From assembly GCA_046290465.1 (NCBI GenBank), contig JBKAGP010000001.1, forward strand, positions 1,408,001 to 1,472,000: a DNA stretch of 64,000 bases. Direction: 5' to 3'. The position numbers were made by a program, and so were the translations under genes. The notes under the pieces are model-generated. The model was not told the origin of the DNA. It worked only from the letters and a program-made list of their open reading frames with translations, and searched no databases. This stretch comes from Planctomycetota bacterium. GTDB taxonomy: Bacteria; Planctomycetota; UBA1135; UBA2386. Positions 34,815-43,840 of this stretch are shown here, in pieces (position 1 is the stretch's first letter; each line of letters opens with the position of its first letter).

Positions 34815-35030
34815 AGCCTGCGGAAGTCCATCGTGGCGACGACGTCCCCGTCGTCGAGCCGGCCGAGGTCCGGAGCCTCGCCGAGCACGCCGCCGCGCGT
34901 GCCGCCGCCGATCACGAACGCCGGTCCGGCCGCGCCGTGGTCGGTTCCCTGGCTGGCGTTCTCGGCCACCCGCCGGCCGAACTCACTGTGCACCAGCGTG
35001 CACACCTGCTCGAGCCTGCCGTGCGCGCGG
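34727..35030 (-). pseudogene. C-terminal remnant of a DUF1501-family gene
   Basis: SEFGRRVAENASQGTDHG...FVIGG...DFRRLYA; only about 100 codons, and upstream sequence is not coding-like. Confidence 0.75.
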
Positions 35031-35146
35031 GATCTGTCCCGATTCGGGCCCCCATCCGACGTTCGGCCCGGCGCAGACCTGTTGCCCGGGCCGTCTGGGT
35101 TACTATCTTCCCGGGAGCGCCCTCCCGCGCGTTCGCCGACCCCGCC

Positions 35147-36262
35147 ATGAACCACCGCAACCTGTCGATCCTGATCGGGACCGCCTGCCTCGGAATCGCC
35201 GCTGGCATCGTGTTCTTCAGCCAGGACACGCTGGCGACGTCGCTCGAGGAGCAGCCGGACTACCTGCAGGCGCCCGAGGTGGTCGAACCGGTCGCCAAGA
35301 CCACGGACCTCGGCCCGGTGGCCCCTGCCGACGGCGGCTACCGGTTCTCCGACGGCGCGCGCGCCGAGCCGGCGCCGGTCCGCCAGGACACCGAGGGCTG
35401 GACCTCCGGCGTCATCCGCGGCGACGTCGTGCTGGCCGTCTCGGCGCTCGAACAGCTCGGCTCGATGACGGTGATCGTCGAAGAACTACGCAGCGGCTTC
35501 GACCGCAACGGCGCGCAGCCGAAGCGCATCATGCAGGCGGTCGAACGCGGCCGCGGCACGCCGACCTTCGAGGTCCGCGACGTGCCGTTCTCGGAGCATC
35601 CGTACCGCGTCACGCTGCACGCACCCGGCCTCAACGCCAGCGCGCGCACGCTGACGGTCAACGAGCAGAACCCGCTGCACGACGTGCGCATCGCGATCAC
35701 GCCCGGCGCCCCGTACTCGATCCTGCTGCGCGACCAGGACGGCGGCCCGCACCGCGACATCGACGTGCTGCTGCGACCGCAGGGCCTGCCGCACGGCCGG
35801 CCGCGCCTGGCCGGCAAGACCGACAACTTTGGCAGCGTGGTGTTCGAGAGCGTGCTGTCGGGCCAGTACGAACTGGTCGCGAGCCTCGAGGGCCAGACCT
35901 TCGGCGAGCCCGAGATCGTCACCGTGGCCGAGGGCCAGCGGCTGGTGCACGGCAAGATCCGCGGCCAGGGCCACGTGATGACCATCGCCCGCGGCGTGCA
36001 GCTCGACATCGAGGTCGGCGACGGCGCCTACGGCATCGAGGGCGCTGCGGTGACGCTGGTGCGCACCGACCGCCGTCGGCTGAAGGAGTTCGAGGGCACC
36101 ACCGACGGCCTCGGCCGCGTGCGCTTCCCGCACCTGCAGCCCGGCCAGTGGCAGCTGACGATCGAGCGCGACCACTTCCATCGCGTCGACCGCCAGTTCA
36201 CGCTGCGCCCCGACATGGAGCCGCAGCTGAAGCGCATCAAGATGGCGCGCACCGGCTACTGA
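35147..36262 (+). CDS. Membrane-anchored protein with carboxypeptidase-regulatory-like beta-sandwich repeats
   Basis: N-terminal TM; KTDNFGSVVF...GQYEL and TTDGLGRVRFPHLQPGQWQL. Confidence 0.8.
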   Translation: MNHRNLSILIGTACLGIAAGIVFFSQDTLATSLEEQPDYLQAPEVVEPVAKTTDLGPVAPADGGYRFSDGARAEPAPVRQDTEGWTSGVIRGDVVLAVSALEQLGSMTVIVEELRSGFDRNGAQPKRIMQAVERGRGTPTFEVRDVPFSEHPYRVTLHAPGLNASARTLTVNEQNPLHDVRIAITPGAPYSILLRDQDGGPHRDIDVLLRPQGLPHGRPRLAGKTDNFGSVVFESVLSGQYELVASLEGQTFGEPEIVTVAEGQRLVHGKIRGQGHVMTIARGVQLDIEVGDGAYGIEGAAVTLVRTDRRRLKEFEGTTDGLGRVRFPHLQPGQWQLTIERDHFHRVDRQFTLRPDMEPQLKRIKMARTGY

Positions 36263-36346
36263 CGGCTACGAACACGCCCCCAGAGGCCGATTGTCGGCGT
36301 TTCGCGCCGGACATCGTCCAGGCGCTGCGGTAACGTGCTCGCCCGT

Positions 36347-36826
36347 ATGGGCCAACCGATCGTCGACCTGGACAGCCTGGACCTCACCCAGCACGTCGTC
36401 CCCGAGGAAGAACTGCGCCGCGCGCTGCCGCAGCGCGACACGTTCCAGCTGCTGGACGGCATCGTGCACCTGGACCGCGAGAACAACGTCGCGGTCGGCT
36501 ACAAGGACTGGGACGACAAGCCCTGGTGGGCTGAGGCGCACGTGCCGGGTCGGCCGCTGTTCCCCGGCGTGCTGATGATCGAGGGCGGCGCGCAGATCGC
36601 GACGTTCCTGGTCAAGCAGCAGCGGGAGTGGGCCTCGGACCAGATGATCGGCCTCGCCGGCATCGACGGCGTGCGGGTGCGCGGCCAGGTCACGCCGCCC
36701 GCACGGGTCTACTTCGTCAGCAGCATCGAGAAGATCAGCGGCCGCCGCCTCGCCCGCATGAACGCCCAGGTGTTCTGCAACGGCTCGATGGTGATGGAGA
36801 TGGTCGTCATGGGCGCGATGCTCTAG
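36347..36826 (+). CDS. 3-hydroxyacyl-ACP dehydratase (FabZ/FabA hotdog fold)
   Basis: LPQRDTFQLLD and HVPGRPLFPGVLMIEGGAQ. Confidence 0.88.
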   Translation: MGQPIVDLDSLDLTQHVVPEEELRRALPQRDTFQLLDGIVHLDRENNVAVGYKDWDDKPWWAEAHVPGRPLFPGVLMIEGGAQIATFLVKQQREWASDQMIGLAGIDGVRVRGQVTPPARVYFVSSIEKISGRRLARMNAQVFCNGSMVMEMVVMGAML

Positions 36827-36892
36827 GCACCGGCCCCCACCCCGCCACCGCAACGACGCCGCAACGACGCCGCCGGGGTAACCTTGCAGGAC

Positions 36893-38830
36893 GTGACCTC
36901 GACGCCGTGGTGGTTCTGGTTGTTGCCGGTGCTCGGCGCCGCGATGTGGTGGCCGATCGGCCCCTACTTCGCCAGCGACGACTTCCTGGCGGTCGCCTAC
37001 GCCAGCGAGTTCCACCGCGTCGCGCACGACTTCGTCGGGCCGCAGTACGCGGCGACCGACGTGTGGTCGTTCTACCGGCCGCTGATCACGTTCAGCTTCT
37101 GGCTCGACCACGCGATCGGCGGCGCCTTCCCACCGGTCGGCCACATCAGCAACGTGCTGGGCCACGGACTCAGCGCGCTGCTGGTCGCACGGATCTGGCG
37201 GCGGTTCCTGCCCGATGCACAGGCCTTCGGCGCCGGCGTGCTGTGGGCGATGATGGCGAGCCACGTCGGCTCGATCGCCTGGGTCGTCGGCCGCGTCGAC
37301 AGCCACACCACGGTCTGGTGCCTGCTGGCGGTGTGGCTGTGCCTGCGCAGCGTCGAACGCGGCGGTGCGCGGTGGCCGATGGTGCTGGCGACGGCTGCAG
37401 CGCTGCTGAGCAAGGAGCTGGCGCTGATGGTGCCGCCGCTGTGCTCGTGGCTGGCGTTCCTGCGCGCGCCGGGCGGCTTCCGCGCGCGCCTCCTGGTGGC
37501 CTGGCGGAGCAGCTGGCCGGCGTGGCTGCTGCTGGCGATCTACCTGCCGTTCCGCGTGCTCGTGCTCGGCCGATTCGGCGGCTACGACGCCAGCCGCTTC
37601 GACGCCGAGCGGATCGTGCTCGGCACCGGCAGCATCGTGCTCGACCTGCTGGTGCCGCTGCGCTGGATCGGCCGGCCGACCGGCGACTCGCTGCTGCCGA
37701 TGGCGACGTTCCTGGTGACCGCGGCGGTCCCGGTCGCGATCGCGCTGCTGGTCGCGATCGTGCGGCGGCCCCGCCACGTCGCCGGCGCGCTGGTCGCCTG
37801 GCTGGTGGCGCTGACGCCGATGGCGGCGTTCCTGAGCGTCTGCGACAACCCGCACAACCTTCGCTACCAGTACCTGCCGTCGATCGCGATCGCCGGCGTG
37901 CTCGCCGCCGGCCACCGCTGGATCGTTCCGGCGGTGGCGCTGGCGTGGCTGTGGCCGATGGTCGCGGTGCGCGTCGAGCAGCACGCCGCCGACCGCGAGT
38001 CGGCGCGGATGCACGCGGCGATGCTGCGCGAGGCGCCCGAGGTGCCGGCGGGACCGATGTTCGTCGCCGGGCTGCCGCACGCAAACGCGTCCGGCACCGC
38101 GGTGCAGCTGCACTTCGGCGTCGACCGCATGCTGCGCGCGCCGTTCTGCGAACGGGACGTGCCGCTGTATGCGTGGCGGCCGCTGCGGCCGCAGGCGGAC
38201 TCGATCACGCTGCAAGGCACCGACGGCATGCCGTTCGCGTTGCCCGAGGGCAGCACCTGGTGGTTCGCCGACGCGTCCGCGCTGGGCCGCGCGCCGGCGC
38301 CCGCGCCGCTGCCGGTGCTGGTCGTCGCAGGCGACCGGGACGGCGTGCTCGAGATCTCGTCGGCCGAACTCGACACGTGGCTCGGCCGCTACGAGCAGAT
38401 GATCGCCGCGCGCGAACCGTCGTTCGGATTGACCTTCCCCGGCGTCGCCGCGATGGGCTTCCGGGTGACGATCTTCACCGCCAACGGCTACCTGAGCTGC
38501 TGGTGCCCCAACCACGCCCTGCCCGGCAGCACCGACGCGCGGCTCGACATCGTGCGCATGCTCGGCGGCGACCGGCACAACCCGGTCTGGCCGCAGCCGG
38601 CGCTGGTCGTGCAGCGGTTCGACCCGAACGGCCCGTTCGTCGGCGACATGCTGCCGGTGCCGACCACGATCGACCTCGACCCGAGCTTTCCGGTGCTGAT
38701 CGAGGCCGGCAGCTTCCAGCCGGCCAAGGGAACGTTCACCCCGACCCACCGCGCCCGCCGTCTGGTCCGCTTCCGATTCGACCGCAACTACCCCGACTGG
38801 GTTCGTCGCGCACAGGGACAGCAGCGCTAG
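36893..38830 (+). CDS. Multi-pass membrane protein, probable GT-C fold, with a soluble C-terminal domain
   Basis: SDDF, FYRP, LSKE, RYQYLP. Start is either TTG 36884 or GTG 36893. Confidence 0.75.
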   Translation: MTSTPWWFWLLPVLGAAMWWPIGPYFASDDFLAVAYASEFHRVAHDFVGPQYAATDVWSFYRPLITFSFWLDHAIGGAFPPVGHISNVLGHGLSALLVARIWRRFLPDAQAFGAGVLWAMMASHVGSIAWVVGRVDSHTTVWCLLAVWLCLRSVERGGARWPMVLATAAALLSKELALMVPPLCSWLAFLRAPGGFRARLLVAWRSSWPAWLLLAIYLPFRVLVLGRFGGYDASRFDAERIVLGTGSIVLDLLVPLRWIGRPTGDSLLPMATFLVTAAVPVAIALLVAIVRRPRHVAGALVAWLVALTPMAAFLSVCDNPHNLRYQYLPSIAIAGVLAAGHRWIVPAVALAWLWPMVAVRVEQHAADRESARMHAAMLREAPEVPAGPMFVAGLPHANASGTAVQLHFGVDRMLRAPFCERDVPLYAWRPLRPQADSITLQGTDGMPFALPEGSTWWFADASALGRAPAPAPLPVLVVAGDRDGVLEISSAELDTWLGRYEQMIAAREPSFGLTFPGVAAMGFRVTIFTANGYLSCWCPNHALPGSTDARLDIVRMLGGDRHNPVWPQPALVVQRFDPNGPFVGDMLPVPTTIDLDPSFPVLIEAGSFQPAKGTFTPTHRARRLVRFRFDRNYPDWVRRAQGQQR

Positions 38831-38919
38831 CGCCGGTGCCACCGGGGAATCCGGCCGAGGGTGGCCGAGCAGCCCACCGAAATCCGCTGCGCGCGCAGTA
38901 GGCTTCTTCGCCGGAAATC

Positions 38920-40575
38920 ATGGCCGAGAAGAACGAGATCCCTGCGACGACCGAAGCGAGCCCCGCGCCGAGCCGCGCCTGGCTGCTGTTCGGCCTGGTC
39001 GCCGCCGCGGCGCTGCTGCGGCTGCCGCTGCTCGGCCGGCCGATCTGGTTCGACGAAGCCTGCATGTCCGACCAGCGCATCGGCACCACCGCGCAGTGGT
39101 TGGCGACGCTCTACGTCGACATCCACCCGCCGCTGTTCGTGACGTTCATGCACTTCTGGAACGGCCTGTTCGGCGACGGCGAGGTCTCGATGCGGATCCC
39201 GGCGCTGGTCTCCGGTCTCGCGTGCATCCCGCTGACCTGGTGGACCGGCCATCGGCTGGTCGGCGACCGGGCGGCGCTGTTCGCCGCAGTGCTGCTGGCG
39301 CTGTCGCCGGTGCACGTCTGGTACTGCGCCGAAGCGCGCCTCTACGCGCCGATGATGACCTGTGTGCTGTTCGCGTTCGGCTGCGTCGACCGGCTGACCG
39401 CCGCCGACGGCGCGCGCCGCCCTGGCCTGTTCTGGCTGCACACGGCCAACGTCGCGGTGATGCTGGCCCTGCACTACTACCTCGCGGTCGTGGTCGTCGC
39501 GCTGGCGCTGCTGGCACCGATCCTGACGCGCCGCATCGGCGGACGCGCGCGCAGCATCCTGCTGGTGCACGGCATCGGCACGATGCTGCTCGGCGTGTTC
39601 GTGTTCGCCAAGCTGCAGCTCGGCCAGTTCGAGACCAGCCAGGACTACCTGCGCGCGCTCGACGCGGACGAACTGTTCGACTTCCTGTTCGTCTGGACGT
39701 GGACCGGCAACACCATGCAGGCGTCGGGCAGCAGCCTGCTGCGCGGCCTCGGCATCGGCTTCCAGTGGCTCGGCGTGGCGCTGGTCGTGCTCGGCACGAT
39801 CCAGGTGCTGACTAGGCTCCGCTCGCGGCCACGCGCGCTGCTGGTGCCGTTCGGCGTGCTGCTGCTGCCGGGCTTCCTGATCGCCTGCGTGCTGGTCGGC
39901 TACGATAGTACCTACATCTCGCGAACGCTGATCGCCGCGGTGCCGTTCGTGCTGCTGCTGGCCTCCGCCGGCCTGCAGGCGTGGCCCGAACGGTGGCGGC
40001 CGCTCGGTAGTGGCCTGACGCTGCTGCTCGCCGCGACCGCGCTCGGCACCCTCTACGCGACGTTCGACACCCGGTGGACGCTCTACAAGCCGCACCCCGA
40101 CTGGCGCTGTGCGGCCGCCTACCTCGGCTCGGAGATCGACGCCGGCAACGGCGACGCGCCGGTGTTCACGTCGATGCCGAACCCGCGTTCGTTGAGCTAC
40201 TACGACGTGCGCATCCAGGACCGCAAGAACCTCGAGGTGCGGCTGTCGCCCGACGAGATCGCGCGCAAGGTCGAGCAGCGGCTCGGCACGTCGATCGGCC
40301 AGCTCGCCCGCGAGCTGTTCACCGAGTTCGCCGAGCACAACCGCGCGCTGCTCGCCGGCGCCCGGCTGGTGGTGCACCCGAGCCGGCCGACCCCGGAGCA
40401 GCTGGCGCTGCCCGAGGGCTTCGACGGCGCGTTCTACCTGGTCCGCAACGAGTGGCACCCGCACCGCAGCGTCGACGACTCGGTCGAACGGCTGCTCGCG
40501 CATCCGAACATCCAGGTCCTGCACGCCGAACGTTGCACCGGCGTCACCGTCTACAAGGTCCGACGAAAGCAGTGA
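38920..40575 (+). CDS. GT39/ArnT/PMT-like glycosyltransferase
   Basis: IWFDEA, HPPLF, MRIPA, SPVHVWYCAEARLYA. Confidence 0.85.
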   Translation: MAEKNEIPATTEASPAPSRAWLLFGLVAAAALLRLPLLGRPIWFDEACMSDQRIGTTAQWLATLYVDIHPPLFVTFMHFWNGLFGDGEVSMRIPALVSGLACIPLTWWTGHRLVGDRAALFAAVLLALSPVHVWYCAEARLYAPMMTCVLFAFGCVDRLTAADGARRPGLFWLHTANVAVMLALHYYLAVVVVALALLAPILTRRIGGRARSILLVHGIGTMLLGVFVFAKLQLGQFETSQDYLRALDADELFDFLFVWTWTGNTMQASGSSLLRGLGIGFQWLGVALVVLGTIQVLTRLRSRPRALLVPFGVLLLPGFLIACVLVGYDSTYISRTLIAAVPFVLLLASAGLQAWPERWRPLGSGLTLLLAATALGTLYATFDTRWTLYKPHPDWRCAAAYLGSEIDAGNGDAPVFTSMPNPRSLSYYDVRIQDRKNLEVRLSPDEIARKVEQRLGTSIGQLARELFTEFAEHNRALLAGARLVVHPSRPTPEQLALPEGFDGAFYLVRNEWHPHRSVDDSVERLLAHPNIQVLHAERCTGVTVYKVRRKQ

Positions 40576-41375
40576 GCACGTCCAGCAACCAACCGACCGG
40601 GCGCCAGCAGCGCGGCAACGGCTCCTCCGAGACGGTTCCCGAGATCAGCGTCGTGATCGCCTGCTACATGGAGGAGGGCCACCTGGTCGACTCGATCGAG
40701 CAGCTGACCGCGACGCTCGAAGAGATCGGCAAGCCCTACGAACTGATCTTTCTCGAGGACCAGAGCCGAGACCGCACCGCCGAGATCATCCGCGAGCTGT
40801 GCGACGGCCACCCGCATCGCCGCGCCGTCTACCACCAGCAGAACGTCGGCCGCGGCGGCACGGTGACGGAGGGGTTCCTGCTCGCCAGGGGCCGCATCGT
40901 CGGCTTCCTCGACATCGACCTCGAGGTGCACTGCCGCTTCCTGCCGGCGGTGCTGCAGGCGATCGAGCAAGGCGCCGACGGCGCCACCGCCTACCGCCAC
41001 TACGCGGTCGGCTGGCGGCCGACCGCGATCGTGCGCCACATCCTCAGCCAGGGCTATCGCTGGCTGTTCCGCGCGATCTTCGACGTGCCGTTCAAGGACC
41101 CCGAGACCGGCTTCAAGTTCTTCGTGCGCGAACGCATCACCGAGGTCGCGCGCCAGACCAAGGACCAGGGCTGGTTCTGGGACTCGGAGATCATGATCCT
41201 CGCGCACCAGGCCGGCCTGAAGATCACCGAGGTCCCGACGCGCTTCGAACGCCGCGCCGACAAGGCCTCGACGGTGCGCATCTTCCGCGACGTCTGGGCC
41301 TACCTGGTCGCCATCCGCAAGTTCCGCCGCCGCCAGCGCGCCGAGAAGCGGGCGCTGGCGCAGGCTCGTTCCTGA
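40572..41375 (+). CDS. GT2 glycosyltransferase (polyprenol-phosphate glycosyltransferase-like)
   Basis: SVVIACYME, EDQSRDRT, NVGRG, FLDIDL, DPETGFK; GTGA overlap with the upstream gene. Confidence 0.9.
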   Translation: MSTSSNQPTGRQQRGNGSSETVPEISVVIACYMEEGHLVDSIEQLTATLEEIGKPYELIFLEDQSRDRTAEIIRELCDGHPHRRAVYHQQNVGRGGTVTEGFLLARGRIVGFLDIDLEVHCRFLPAVLQAIEQGADGATAYRHYAVGWRPTAIVRHILSQGYRWLFRAIFDVPFKDPETGFKFFVRERITEVARQTKDQGWFWDSEIMILAHQAGLKITEVPTRFERRADKASTVRIFRDVWAYLVAIRKFRRRQRAEKRALAQARS

Positions 41376-41389
41376 ACGCCGCGCGGGGC

Positions 41390-42220
41390 TCAGTTTTCGT
41401 GGTGCGGGCTGTCGAGGCGCGGGCCTTCGATGCCGGGCGTCAGGATCTCCTCGACGTCGAGCACCGCGCAGTGGCAGCCGACGTCGAGCAGCCTCGCAAG
41501 CGACGGGCTGGTGCGCTGTTCGTCGCCGGAGATCCACTCCTTGACGTAGGTGCCGTGCTGGCAGACGACGCGCAGCTCGAGGGTCTGCTCGTCGCGGACG
41601 TCGAGTGCGAGCACGCGCAGGCGGCGCTCGCGCTCGAGGTCGGCACGGCGATGCGCGACGCGCTGCGGTGTGCGCTGCACGATGCCGCCAGCGAACGCAC
41701 GCACCGCGGCCAACCGTTCGTCGCTCGGCATCGACTGGATCGCGACATCGGCGCGGTAGACCTTGTCGAAGTGCGTCTCCTTCCAGTAGACGACGCGCTT
41801 GCGCTCGACGCGCTCGAACGGGGCCAGCTCGATCGCGCCCTCGGCGCGCTGTTCGATGTCGCGGCGCAGCTCTTCGAGGTCGAGGTTGGGGTTGCGCGCG
41901 CCGACCACCTCGAACACGAACGGTCGGCCCTGGCCGAGCATCAGCACGTCGATGTCCTCGCGGCCAGCACCGTGGAACTTGCCGAGTTTGGCCTGCATCT
42001 GCGGCACCATGCGGCGGCCGATCAGCTCCTGGACCGAATCCTTGGTCAGCTTGCCGAAGCCCTCGCAATGCTGGCAGCCGCGGCGGCGCCGGCGGTCGCC
42101 CTTGCACTTGGGGCAGTAGAAGATCGTCTGCGGCAGCCCCCGCCTGAGCTTGCGGTAGCGGCTCTCGAGGTAGAGGTTGCTGCGCGGACGCGGCTTGTCA
42201 TCCGGGACGGACTGGGACAT
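41390..42220 (-). CDS. pus10: tRNA pseudouridine synthase Pus10-like, catalytic domain only
   Basis: RYRKLRRGLPQT, FHGAGREDIDVLMLG-GRPFVFE, QRTPQRVAHRRADL, GTYVKEWISGD..RTSPSL. Confidence 0.88.
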   Translation of the reverse strand: MSQSVPDDKPRPRSNLYLESRYRKLRRGLPQTIFYCPKCKGDRRRRRGCQHCEGFGKLTKDSVQELIGRRMVPQMQAKLGKFHGAGREDIDVLMLGQGRPFVFEVVGARNPNLDLEELRRDIEQRAEGAIELAPFERVERKRVVYWKETHFDKVYRADVAIQSMPSDERLAAVRAFAGGIVQRTPQRVAHRRADLERERRLRVLALDVRDEQTLELRVVCQHGTYVKEWISGDEQRTSPSLARLLDVGCHCAVLDVEEILTPGIEGPRLDSPHHEN

Positions 42221-42278
42221 TCCGCAGAAGCAGACCCGACGCGGGCGCGCCGGGCAAGCTCACGCTGCGCCGGCCTGC

Positions 42279-42704
42279 CTATCGCATCGCCGGGGTGCCG
42301 CCGCTGCGCTCCTGCTTGCGCAGCGCGGAGTTCTTGCGGTCGGTGCGCCGCTCGAGGAAGCGGCCCAGCAGGCCGAAGAACTCCTTCACCGCGATCGGCG
42401 TCTGCACGAACGAGTGGATGTCGTACTTCGACTTGTCGACCGCCATGTCCTTGACGTTGCGCGGCGCCGTCAGCACGAACAGCTCGGTGGTCTTGTCGAA
42501 CGAGCGCAGGTGCTGGAGCACCTTGACGGTGTCCTTCTCGCGCGGGTCGACGCCGAGGAACACGCAGTCGAAGCGCTTGCTGCGCGCCTGGCTGACGCCG
42601 GCATGGCCTTGGCCCACCGTGACGTGGAACTCCTCGAACTGCTGGAGGCCGACCTTCACCTGGTCGCGGATCAACGGGTCCTTCTCGACGAGCAGCACTT
42701 CCAT
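42279..42704 (-). CDS. Stand-alone atypical receiver-domain protein
   Basis: CheY-like pattern VLLVEKD...FDCVFLG...FVLTA...FVQTP. Confidence 0.75.
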   Translation of the reverse strand: MEVLLVEKDPLIRDQVKVGLQQFEEFHVTVGQGHAGVSQARSKRFDCVFLGVDPREKDTVKVLQHLRSFDKTTELFVLTAPRNVKDMAVDKSKYDIHSFVQTPIAVKEFFGLLGRFLERRTDRKNSALRKQERSGGTPAMR

Positions 42705-42807
42705 GGCTCGGGTATCGGCAGTTCGCGGCGACCTTTGGAGCGGTGCTGCCCAGATCGCGTTGGCATCGTGACTTGACGGTCGACCCGCGTTGGGCTGTCG
42801 TGCCGGG

Positions 42808-43773
42808 GTGAACTACCTCGCCGGCGTCGACGAAGCAGGCCTCGGCCCGATCCTCGGTCCGCTGGTGGTCGGCGGCGTCACGATGGCCGGCCCCGAGGGC
42901 ACCGCGCCTTGGCGGCTGCTGCAGCGTCACGTCAGCAAGCTCAAGCACGTCAAGGGCAAGGTCCGCGTCGCCGACAGCAAGAAGGTCAACTCGGGTCCGC
43001 ACGGGTTTCGGCGGCTCGAGGAGACCGCGCTGGTGTTCTGGACCGCGCTGCACGGCGAGCCGCCGGTGTCGCTGGCCGACTGGCTGCTGACCCTCGGCCA
43101 CGACCTCGAACCGCTGCGTCGCTGCCCGTGGTACGAGGGCCTGTCGCTGCAGCTGCCGCGCGTCGCCGACCGCGACTGGCTGTCGCTGACCGGCGAACTG
43201 GTCGCCCGCGCGCTGCGCAAGGGGGACACCGAACTGCTCGACATCGCCGTTCGCGCGGTCGACGTCGAGGAGTGGAACGTGCTGATCGCCGACACCGACA
43301 ACAAGAGCAAGGCCCACTTCCACGCCTACAGCGAGGTGCTCGGCGACCTGGTCGGCCGGCTGCTGCCGCGCATCGGTGCCGACGACGCCTGCCAACTGGT
43401 CGCCGACCGTTGTGGCGGCCGCATGCACTACCGCAACGACCTGGCGCGGCTGTTCCCGGCGGCCGACGTGCGCATCGTCGACGAGCGACCGAGCCGTTCG
43501 ACCTACCGCCTGCGCCGGGACCAGCGCGACGTCACCGTGACGTTCGCCGAGCGCGCCGAGGACCGCGCGTTCCCGACCGCGCTGGCCAGCTGCTTTGCCA
43601 AGTACCTGCGCGAGCTGATGGTCGAGTGCCTCAACAGCTGGTTCCGTTCGCGCGTGCCGGACCTCAAGCCGACGGCCGGCTACTACGTCGACGGCCACCG
43701 CTTCCTCGACGACATCCAGCCGCAGATCGACGAACTCGCGCTGCCCCGCCACCGGCTCGTGCGCGTTCGCTGA
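42808..43773 (+). CDS. Ribonuclease HII-like protein, long form
   Basis: GVDEAGLGPILGPLVV, DSKK, ALASCFAKYLRE, GY. Confidence 0.8.
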   Translation: MNYLAGVDEAGLGPILGPLVVGGVTMAGPEGTAPWRLLQRHVSKLKHVKGKVRVADSKKVNSGPHGFRRLEETALVFWTALHGEPPVSLADWLLTLGHDLEPLRRCPWYEGLSLQLPRVADRDWLSLTGELVARALRKGDTELLDIAVRAVDVEEWNVLIADTDNKSKAHFHAYSEVLGDLVGRLLPRIGADDACQLVADRCGGRMHYRNDLARLFPAADVRIVDERPSRSTYRLRRDQRDVTVTFAERAEDRAFPTALASCFAKYLRELMVECLNSWFRSRVPDLKPTAGYYVDGHRFLDDIQPQIDELALPRHRLVRVR

Positions 43774-43801
43774 GCGTTCGGGGGCCGGGTTCGGCGTACG
43801 A

Positions 43802-43840
43802 AAGTTGGAGGATGAACCGCGTACCGTACGGCTACTTTCG
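43802..43840 (-). repeat. Single arm of repeat family B
   Basis: aagttggaggatgaaccgcgtaccgtacggctactttcg is identical to 25768-25806. Confidence 0.95.

Noticed and set aside
36849..36870. 11-bp direct repeat cgcaacgacgc x2
   Set aside because: Too short and GC-rich to call an operator without other evidence.
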